Positions 56,592-64,000 of a DNA stretch of 64,000 nucleotides are shown here, piece after piece. Position numbers and translations under genes: made by a program. Each line of letters begins with the position of its first letter. Position 1 is the stretch's first letter. Source of the DNA: Clostridia bacterium (GTDB lineage: Bacteria; Bacillota; Clostridia; JAAYHZ01); contig JBMNIH010000002.1 of assembly GCA_050950825.1 (NCBI GenBank), forward strand, positions 480,001 to 544,000, read 5' to 3'. The notes under the pieces are model-generated. The model was given only the letters and a program-made list of their open reading frames with translations. It was not told where the DNA came from and ran no database searches.

Positions 56592-57137
56592 TTACCCCTT
56601 AGCGTAAAATACCGTTATTTTTGTACCCCCGTATAAGTATTCCCTGTATATTTGAAAATGATGATATCTGTCCTCAATGATGTCATCGGCGCTGCTTTCG
56701 CATACAATGACTCCCTTTTCGTTTATTATATCATTTATATCCAACATTGATAACGATTTTTGTATAAAATTTTTGTCGTAGGGAGGATCCATAAAAACAA
56801 GGTCATACTTATCCTTGCAGGCATCTAAATAAGCAAAGACATCCTTTTGCACCACGGTACCTTTATTAAGAAGCTTTGTTTTTTCCAAATTGGTTTTTAT
56901 CACGGAAATGCTGTTACGGTCGTTGTCCACAAAAACACAGGAGAGCGCCCCGCGGCTCAAAGCTTCGATTCCCAGCGCTCCGGTTCCTGCAAACAAATCC
57001 AATACCTTATCGACCAAAACGCGGGTAGATAATATGGAAAATATGGCCTCCTTGACCTTGTCGGTGGTAGGCCGGGTATGCATTCCTTTTACCGCTATTA
57101 ATTTGGTTCCTTTTGCCGTACCGGTTATAACCCTCAT
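56592..57137 (-). CDS. rsmD: 16S rRNA m2G966 methyltransferase
   Basis: MRVITG, RPTTDKVKEAIF, LDLFAGTG, EALSRGA, DPPY. Confidence 0.95.
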   Translation of the reverse strand: MRVITGTAKGTKLIAVKGMHTRPTTDKVKEAIFSILSTRVLVDKVLDLFAGTGALGIEALSRGALSCVFVDNDRNSISVIKTNLEKTKLLNKGTVVQKDVFAYLDACKDKYDLVFMDPPYDKNFIQKSLSMLDINDIINEKGVIVCESSADDIIEDRYHHFQIYREYLYGGTKITVFYAKG

Positions 57138-57138
57138 G

Positions 57139-57639
57139 CTATATCCCCTTCAATTCGCCGGCGATTCGAAAGCCTAAAAAATCCGTTTGCCTGTAGGCCT
57201 CGTAAAGAACAATGGCTACGGAGTTGCTCAGGTTCAAGGATCGAATATCGTTTATCATGGGAATTCGAATGCAGTGCTCGTAGTTTTCTCTTAGCAGGTC
57301 CTCCGGCAGCCCCTTCGTTTCCTTTCCGAAAACGAGAAACGCCCCGTCCTCATATCGAACTTGGTCGTACCGCAATGCGGCCTTCGTACTGGAAAAATAA
57401 AAAGGGTGACTTCGATATTTTTCCCTTAATTCCCGAAAGCTATCATGGTAATGGATTTCCACTTCGTCCCAATAATCCAGCCCGGCTCTTTTTAAATGCT
57501 TGTCGCTTATCTCAAAGCCCAAAGGCCTTACCAAATGCAAAACACTGCCGGTTGCGGCACAGGTCCGGACAATGTTTCCGGTATTCTGCGGTATTTCCGG
57601 TTCAACCAGCACCACATGAAATTGTACTCCTTTTATCAA
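57139..57639 (-). CDS. trmL: tRNA (cytidine/uridine-34 2'-O)-methyltransferase
   Basis: PEIPQNTGNI, RAGLDYW, FGKETKGL, RSLNLSN; TTG start behind AAAGGAG. Confidence 0.93.
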   Translation of the reverse strand: MIKGVQFHVVLVEPEIPQNTGNIVRTCAATGSVLHLVRPLGFEISDKHLKRAGLDYWDEVEIHYHDSFRELREKYRSHPFYFSSTKAALRYDQVRYEDGAFLVFGKETKGLPEDLLRENYEHCIRIPMINDIRSLNLSNSVAIVLYEAYRQTDFLGFRIAGELKGI

Positions 57640-57653
57640 ATAGGATTCTCCTT

Positions 57654-58817
57654 TCAATTGTCGGTCGTTTTCCTGCCGTTCAGCCATTTGGCGGCTAACA
57701 GGCGCCGCTTAATGTCAATCGCTCCTTCAGGACACAGCTCTTGGCAGCAAAAGCATCGAATGCATCGGTTTAAATCCACCCGGGGAAGCTTGTCTTCCAT
57801 TTGAATCACCTGAGGCGGGCAGCTTTTTGAACATATCCCGCATCCGATACATTTATCCAAATGAAACCGAGGATAAGGCGTAAATATTTGAAAGGCTTTT
57901 CCGAAAAGAGAACGTTGGGTAAAGTCGATACGATGCAGCGTATCGTAAGGAGGCGTTTTGAAATCGTATACGATACGGGATTTCAAATCTTCTCCCACAA
58001 CTTGGATCAGATCTACGCTGTCTTTACAGTATCCTCTTTTTACCCCTTCGGCTAAAACGGGTATCCATTCCGGATTTATATGAATCAGGGTGGCTGCCGC
58101 CAAATCCAAATCGAACCCGTTGTCCGAAGCAAGCAAAAGTCCTAAATCCCGCGGCGTTCCGTTGGAGGGACCCATGCCTTCCATGGCGGTTACGGCATCC
58201 ATTAAAACGAGCCCCGGTTTTACGCTTAAATAGATATCGATCAGCGTATTGGCAAAATCACGGTAATGGTGCATTCGCAAATGATATTCCGCTTTCTCGG
58301 TTCCGGGTATGGCGCCGAACATGTTCTTTATCGCTCCCGTGTACAGCATCTGCCCGTGGGTTTTCAGCTTCGGCAGATCAATGATAAAGTCGGCATCGAC
58401 TAAAGGCTTTAATACGGTAAGCTTTTTCAGATAAAGCCCTTCCGGATTTTCAATGTCGACAATCGAAGTATCGTAATTCAATTCGATTCCGGCTTCTTTG
58501 GCGATTTTTGTGATCCCGCAGCCGGAATATACGGCTTTTAACATTGCCGCCGAGTAAGGACCTCCCGGACTTTCCACGATTTTAGGATGTCCGCCCGCTT
58601 CTTTTACCAAAACGCCGACGGCGTACACAACTTCCGGGTGTACGGTAGCCGCCGAGTCGGGAGATTTTCTCGTCAACAGGTTCGGTTTTAAAGCGACATT
58701 CATACCGGGCTTGATATATTTTTTTATACCTCCGATAAGATCGAATGCTTTTCGGACCGCTTCCAAAACCCGTTCTCTGTCATAATTCTCACATTTAACG
58801 ATGGATACGCTGCTCAA
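57654..58817 (-). CDS. DUF362 domain protein with C-terminal 2x[4Fe-4S]
   Basis: LKPNLL, PKLKTH, GAIKN, MEGMGP; CIGCGICSKSCP and CIRCFCCQELCP. Confidence 0.88.
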   Translation of the reverse strand: MSSVSIVKCENYDRERVLEAVRKAFDLIGGIKKYIKPGMNVALKPNLLTRKSPDSAATVHPEVVYAVGVLVKEAGGHPKIVESPGGPYSAAMLKAVYSGCGITKIAKEAGIELNYDTSIVDIENPEGLYLKKLTVLKPLVDADFIIDLPKLKTHGQMLYTGAIKNMFGAIPGTEKAEYHLRMHHYRDFANTLIDIYLSVKPGLVLMDAVTAMEGMGPSNGTPRDLGLLLASDNGFDLDLAAATLIHINPEWIPVLAEGVKRGYCKDSVDLIQVVGEDLKSRIVYDFKTPPYDTLHRIDFTQRSLFGKAFQIFTPYPRFHLDKCIGCGICSKSCPPQVIQMEDKLPRVDLNRCIRCFCCQELCPEGAIDIKRRLLAAKWLNGRKTTDN

Positions 58818-58944
58818 TGTTTTCGTCCTCTCCTTTTCATTCAAACGTTAATATTATAGCACAGGTGAAAAGAACGTGTCCATTTACGAAAAAAACCAAG
58901 GCAATGCAAAAACGTATCGTTTTTACGGAATGTGTTGTGTAGAC

Positions 58945-58990
58945 AAAAAAGAAAGGACGCAAGGATTTCGTCCTCATAAGTCCTTTCCTT
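58945..58990 (-). terminator. Intrinsic terminator after the PreA-like gene
   Basis: GAAAGGAC...GTCCTTTC stem with an A-run on the left. Confidence 0.6.
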
Positions 58991-59012
58991 CATATGTTAT
59001 TACGATATGTTA

Positions 59013-60194
59013 TTACGCTTGTTTCATGACGATGGCCTTTACGGGGCAAAGGGCTTCGCAAATGCCGCAGCCTACGCATTTTTCAGGATCGATAACCGCC
59101 TTTTTGTTTACCATTCTTACGGCATCGCAGTGAGCCGGCTTTTCGCATTTGCCGCATCCGATGCATTTTTCCGTATTAACGGAAGCCCAACCCTTCAACG
59201 CTTCCAAATCCTTGGAGGAACGCAAGTATTGCAGGGATTTTCCCGTTATTTGACCGTAATCGTCGTAACCCATTTTTTGAAGGTATTTTTCCATGCCCTC
59301 CACTTGCTTTGCGATATTCTCCCAGCCGTACCACATGGCCGCCGTGCAAACCGTTACTAACGTGGCACCCCACATCATCATCATAATGCTGTCTTCCCAC
59401 GTTTCCAAACCTCCGCCGCCTATAACGGGAAGATTCGTTTTCTTCGCAATGTTTGCCACAAGGGAAAAGCCCATAAGCTTGGTTGCAGGTCCGCCTAGGC
59501 TGCCGTGAGCCACTCCGTTCAAAAGATGATATCCGGGCTTTCCTTCGTTGTAGATGTCTACAAGAGGAAGAGACGATTGGGCGCCTGCCACGCAGATTCC
59601 GTCCGCTCCGGCATTTTCCGCCGCTTTTGCCGTCACCCCGATATCCGCAACGTTAGGTGTAAGCTTCACCACCACGGGAATCTTGACGGAGTCTTTCAAA
59701 ACCTTTACGATGGCGGCAATCCTCTCCGGATTTTGACCGGTAACCGCTCCCCCGTGCTCGGAAGAAGAAATGGCTTCGGAGCCGAATATGTTTCTTGTGG
59801 ATAGTCCTACGTTGGGGCAAACCATATTGGCTTCGATCAAATCGGCACCCGCTTCTTCGTGTTTTCGAGCAAGAAGGCTCCAGCCGTCCGGGTCCGTACC
59901 GTCATGGGTGATGTTGGCAAAAAGCTTTAACGAGGTCCTTTTCTTTGCTTCGTCGATCAGCTTTAAGCTTTCCTCCATATCGTGTCTTCGATCGTAGCAT
60001 ATGATGCTTCCGTTTTTTAAATAGGTGTGCATTCTTAGTTTTCCGTAAAAGGGCTGCTTAATAAAAGCCAATTTCGTGCTGACACCGGCGGCTCCCGCTT
60101 TTTCCGCTTCAATCAACCGATCAATGGTGCTGGTCAGAGGACTGGATGCGATGACCATAGGATTTTTAAATGAAACTCCGCAATATTGTATCAT
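59013..60194 (-). CDS. Dihydropyrimidine dehydrogenase PreA / dihydroorotate dehydrogenase-like flavoprotein with 2x[4Fe-4S]
   Basis: FKNP..IASSP, ANMVCPN, VKLTPN, IGGGG; CIGCGKC and CVGCGICEALCP. Confidence 0.82.
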   Translation of the reverse strand: MIQYCGVSFKNPMVIASSPLTSTIDRLIEAEKAGAAGVSTKLAFIKQPFYGKLRMHTYLKNGSIICYDRRHDMEESLKLIDEAKKRTSLKLFANITHDGTDPDGWSLLARKHEEAGADLIEANMVCPNVGLSTRNIFGSEAISSSEHGGAVTGQNPERIAAIVKVLKDSVKIPVVVKLTPNVADIGVTAKAAENAGADGICVAGAQSSLPLVDIYNEGKPGYHLLNGVAHGSLGGPATKLMGFSLVANIAKKTNLPVIGGGGLETWEDSIMMMMWGATLVTVCTAAMWYGWENIAKQVEGMEKYLQKMGYDDYGQITGKSLQYLRSSKDLEALKGWASVNTEKCIGCGKCEKPAHCDAVRMVNKKAVIDPEKCVGCGICEALCPVKAIVMKQA

Positions 60195-60220
60195 TTCGAC
60201 CTCCGATTTAGAGTATGTAA

Positions 60221-60323
60221 ATAACTGGTTAGTTACTTTATGTTCTAAAAAATATCCCGTTTAAGGGACAAAGAATAAGTAACCGTTTGGTTACATTATA
60301 TACAAAACGCTTTGTAACGTCAA
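60221..60323 (-). promoter_or_regulatory. sigmaA promoter with two related operator palindromes
   Basis: TTGACG-17-TATAAT (60323-60295); GTAACC-N4-GGTTAC (60279-60294); ATAACT-N4-AGTTAC (60221-60236). Confidence 0.65.
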
Positions 60324-60417
60324 TACTTTTCTTTGTAATATATTATGGATCTTTTTAGCCAAAGAAAAGCGGAACCCTTTTTAGGTCCCGTCTTCATTTA
60401 CCTTCTTTCATTTTAAT

Positions 60418-61074
60418 TCACTCTTTAAAATCTATTTTATTGATATGCTCCGTAATTCGTTTTAAGATCTCCTCGCCTTTTTCCTTCGTCACTTTCCCCT
60501 CTTTGACCTTCAACTCGATATCCGCTTTTGCTTGCGCCAGTACGGCTTCCTTGAAGCGGGTCAGATTCCCTTGGGCGTGAGCCAATTGCCATACATTCTT
60601 ATCTTGCTTTTCGCATTCCGTTTTAATCTCGTCAATGCTTTTTCCGGTTAATTCGCTGTAGATTTTAATAAATTTTTCTTGTCTTTGCCTCATCTGTTCC
60701 GCCTTTTCTTTACCGGGAACGGGGCATGTTTCATCGCTTTTTTCCCGGGTTTCTAGAGGTTTTTTCGGCGGTTCTTTCCGTTCCTTCGGAAGAGCATTCA
60801 ATTCGCCTTTTGAAAAGTCTTTCCTCTTTTCCATGGAGAACCGTTTGTAAATGATGTCGCCTTCCGATTCCTTCATTTTCTTTTCCAAATCGGCGATCTT
60901 TTTGTTCGCATCCTCTTTGGAAATCAACCGGTCTTTGACTTTTTGCTCCATCAGAGCTTTATAGAATTCCAAGTACTTTTTTTCAATTTTCGACATATTG
61001 CCGGCGGCATAAGCGACACCGGCCGTCATGATTAGGGTCCATGCCAATACCAAAGAAACAATTTTCTTCATCAT
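60418..61074 (-). CDS. Hypothetical secreted, charged helical protein
   Basis: Signal peptide ending AYA; VKEGKVTKEKG-like repeats. Confidence 0.75.
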   Translation of the reverse strand: MMKKIVSLVLAWTLIMTAGVAYAAGNMSKIEKKYLEFYKALMEQKVKDRLISKEDANKKIADLEKKMKESEGDIIYKRFSMEKRKDFSKGELNALPKERKEPPKKPLETREKSDETCPVPGKEKAEQMRQRQEKFIKIYSELTGKSIDEIKTECEKQDKNVWQLAHAQGNLTRFKEAVLAQAKADIELKVKEGKVTKEKGEEILKRITEHINKIDFKE

Positions 61075-61177
61075 GATCCTCCGTTTGAATTTTTTCATAG
61101 ACTTATTATCATTCAGGAAGGACCGTCCTATACTTGGCTATTTACGGTAAAAGCATTTTCATTTCTTTAATATGACA

Positions 61178-63928
61178 TCATCCTTTAATTTTCATAACGA
61201 TGAAAATCGCGGCTGCAACGATCGCCGCCACAAACAAGAAAAATCGTATTTTCCGGTTGGTCAAAAGGATAAACGTCACAGCTATCAATAGGAGCCCTAA
61301 AGCAATCGGAATTAAAAGTCTTCGATTGTGCTTGAACATCCCGGATAAGTTGCCGGTTTCCATCACATATCTTGCCAATTCCTTAATCGTATCCACAATG
61401 TAGAATTTTACGGGATAAAAGCGATCCTTCATACTCTTTTTGAAAAAAGAATCCTTCCGGAACGGTTCTTCATCCGTCTCCGTTGTCAAGCCGCTTTCAA
61501 CAATCGCCTTTTGCCCTTTGCTTACCGATTTCAAATCCCCGGTCATGTCCAATTCGTGAAGAGCATAAAAGACCGTTCCCGCATAACAGGATACGGCAGG
61601 CTCCTTTCCGGTTTCCAGCAGGCATTCGGAATTTTGCAAAGAGCTTTTGTAGGTTCCGGCGTCCCCTTCGAAAAACAGTATGTTTCTTGTTTTTTTGCTT
61701 TTGTTGCGGATGTAAGCCTTGCCTTCTTCCAAGCTTCCGTACACGATTCCCTCGCAATAGTCGCCTATTACATACTCAGAGTGCTTGTCCAAAAAGATTT
61801 CGGATACCAAAACCGAATCCAGATAGATATGAACGACGGCTCGTCCTTCTCCGGTTGTCACCCTGTCGGCGATGGACAATGGATACGGGTTATCATCCTC
61901 CGTTAACAAAGCGGTATTTTCTTTACCGGTAAGGGACACCTCTCCTTCCGACTTGTAGAGAATCGCCTTCATGTGAAACAATCTTCCCGGAGCAATGTCC
62001 TCGCTTAAATAACCGAGGATATCATTGTATACTTCTTCGGTATACAAAAGGGACGGGGTATGATCGGCAAAAGATCGAGAATGAGCCAGCTGCCAATAGG
62101 TTTTGTTCACCGTACCGTTTAAGTAAGCGGACCACAAAGGTATTACACCGTCACCTTCCATAAAGCCGGGCTTTCCCGAATAGGAGGACAGATTGGCATA
62201 CTGGACCATGGCGTTGATGTGTTCTCCGTATGCTTCCCCGTCGTTTAGCTTGTTTAAAAAATCGCTGTCATAGGTCAATTGCTTTTTCAAAACGTCGCCG
62301 AATCCCGACCATTGAGGGGAATTCTTAATATCGCTCTCCTTCAGGCCGTGGTTCGGAACGGCGATTAGTATACACTTTCGAATATCGTTCCGATACATGG
62401 GGGAAGCGATATAGCTGCGAGTGATCAAGCCTCCGAATCCAAAGGAAATCGTATCGAAGCACGTAATTTTAATTCCGCTTCCCGTCATCCGGTCCTTTAA
62501 GTCCTTCAAGTAGGAGGATAAACGCTCGTTCATAATTTCCAAGGCCTCATCCGCGGAGGACTCGCTGTGTCGAAATACGGTGTATCTTTTCTCTTTCAAA
62601 AAATCCAAAAGGCCTTGCTCTTCCTTATCGGGTAAATCCTTACCGGAAACGAACAAGACGGGAGGCCGATATACCTTAATTTCCGTTGCCAATTCCACGG
62701 GAATGCCGTTATCCGGAGTATATGTAAATCGAAGGGGTACCGTTACGTAATAAAGCTCTTCTCCCATAAAGGTTTCTTTTTTCAAATCCCCTTGAACATA
62801 CTTAGGAGGTACGTATTCAAATTCCATGATCTCGCCGGGATTTTTGATTTTTTTCCTTTGGAACAGTCCGTGGGAAATGATCTTTCCGGTTTCCGGCTGC
62901 AGGATGTCCAAAACACCTTTGTTCATTCCGCTTAATACGACACGAATTTTTAAGGTTTCCACCCCGTCCGCCGCGATGCCGTTGTAAACGATGCCGTTTA
63001 TGATGTTCTTTTCCGTTTCCACATAAGCATCCAGAACCGGGATTACGATATCCTCGGTAAAATCACCGCAGGATACGGTATATTCATAGCTTGTTGCGTT
63101 TTTATCGTTATGGGATACGGTAAATACCCCTTGTCCGGTTCCGAAAGGCAGGCTTTTTACGGTTTTACCGGTTTTCTTGTCCGTAAGGACAAAGGAATCC
63201 AAGGGCTTTTTCCCGGTGTAATTTTCCGAATAGTAAACGATGACGGTAATTTCCACGGTGTCGGTCGTTTCGGAAAAGCAAGAGGGAGAAAAAGTCGTTT
63301 CCATATAGGGGCGGCTTGTGCTTTTTGCATCCGCGACGGAGGCTTGCTGCAGCTTTTCGTATAAAGCCGTTGTAAAAGCTTCCGCGTCTTTTTGGATACC
63401 AAGAGGATAGGACAGGACGATTAAATAGTTGTATTTGACAAAAGCCGTAGTTCGCTTTTGTATTTCGTCCATGGTGTAATCCAAGTATTTATAGGTCCCG
63501 GAGTCGGTTTTTTCTTCCGACCGCTTGATTTGTTTTAAGCTTTGATCCAACCCGGAAAGATATTTTGCGTAACCGTCGCTGAAAAAAGATAAGGCATGGG
63601 CCGCATCTTGTTCTTTATAAAAAGATGTAATTTCAACGGTTAGCGTATCATCCTTCGATTTGGATACCAAATCGCATTGGTACCCGTAGTAAGGTTTGGA
63701 ATCTCCCGTTTTGGCCAGCCCGTATCGTATGATTATATCGTTGATACTGATTTCGTCCGTCTTGCTTATGGTATTTTCGATTGCATATCCTTTCGGAACG
63801 GCCTGTTTTATGGCTTCGGCCACCTCTTGGGACGACGGTTTTGCAACAACAACGACACAAGCACAAAGGATTATGATGAATACGAGAGAAGAAATGATTT
63901 TCCTCATTCTTTTTTTCGGCAAAATCAC
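61178..63928 (-). CDS. Large membrane-anchored protein with degenerate alpha/beta-hydrolase and FecR-like domains
   Basis: N-terminal signal/TM; PPVLFVSG, SFGFGGLITRSY, IAVPNHG, GDGVIP; FecR-like DRVTTGEG...LEEGK; two C-terminal TMs. Confidence 0.65.
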   Translation of the reverse strand: MILPKKRMRKIISSLVFIIILCACVVVVAKPSSQEVAEAIKQAVPKGYAIENTISKTDEISINDIIIRYGLAKTGDSKPYYGYQCDLVSKSKDDTLTVEITSFYKEQDAAHALSFFSDGYAKYLSGLDQSLKQIKRSEEKTDSGTYKYLDYTMDEIQKRTTAFVKYNYLIVLSYPLGIQKDAEAFTTALYEKLQQASVADAKSTSRPYMETTFSPSCFSETTDTVEITVIVYYSENYTGKKPLDSFVLTDKKTGKTVKSLPFGTGQGVFTVSHNDKNATSYEYTVSCGDFTEDIVIPVLDAYVETEKNIINGIVYNGIAADGVETLKIRVVLSGMNKGVLDILQPETGKIISHGLFQRKKIKNPGEIMEFEYVPPKYVQGDLKKETFMGEELYYVTVPLRFTYTPDNGIPVELATEIKVYRPPVLFVSGKDLPDKEEQGLLDFLKEKRYTVFRHSESSADEALEIMNERLSSYLKDLKDRMTGSGIKITCFDTISFGFGGLITRSYIASPMYRNDIRKCILIAVPNHGLKESDIKNSPQWSGFGDVLKKQLTYDSDFLNKLNDGEAYGEHINAMVQYANLSSYSGKPGFMEGDGVIPLWSAYLNGTVNKTYWQLAHSRSFADHTPSLLYTEEVYNDILGYLSEDIAPGRLFHMKAILYKSEGEVSLTGKENTALLTEDDNPYPLSIADRVTTGEGRAVVHIYLDSVLVSEIFLDKHSEYVIGDYCEGIVYGSLEEGKAYIRNKSKKTRNILFFEGDAGTYKSSLQNSECLLETGKEPAVSCYAGTVFYALHELDMTGDLKSVSKGQKAIVESGLTTETDEEPFRKDSFFKKSMKDRFYPVKFYIVDTIKELARYVMETGNLSGMFKHNRRLLIPIALGLLLIAVTFILLTNRKIRFFLFVAAIVAAAIFIVMKIKG

Positions 63929-64000
63929 CCTCTCCGGGGGTTGAAAATGCCGATTGTCACCTCCTGTATACTACCTCAACATCTATTCGTATTTATTTTA

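Noticed and set aside
1-64000. tRNA, rRNA, CRISPR array, prophage or recognised defence genes
   Set aside because: None recognisable by eye; small structured RNAs other than the cobalamin riboswitch cannot be excluded without a covariance-model search.

Overview
Chromosomal segment of a probably spore-forming Clostridia-type bacterium (rny, folD, ftsK/spoIIIE, coaD, rsmD, trmL, spore photoproduct lyase family). It is rich in accessory carbohydrate and sulfate metabolism: three sulfatase-fold proteins, a sulfotransferase with CysQ, rhaA, a GH63-like hydrolase, and Gfo/Idh/MocA and TIM-barrel epimerases. It also holds a cobalamin riboswitch-controlled ABC importer and three insertion sequences: an IS1634-family element with an exact 118-bp flanking direct repeat, and an IS30-family element (13-bp DR) interrupted by a low-GC IS3-family element. 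The best novel-system candidates are four. (1) An operon of MBOAT (C-terminal FLYFQF), SGNH-deacetylase fusion, ACP and FkbH that looks like a Dlt-type envelope glycerylation pathway. (2) A cytoplasmic subtilisin-fold protein with Cys in place of the catalytic Ser. (3) A deoxyhypusine-synthase-fold protein lacking the catalytic Lys, co-oriented with yhcH-like and kdsB-like genes. (4) A sugar operon combining a Thr-nucleophile sulfatase-like protein, a sulfotransferase and CysQ. All calls come from by-eye motif recognition; no database searches were run.
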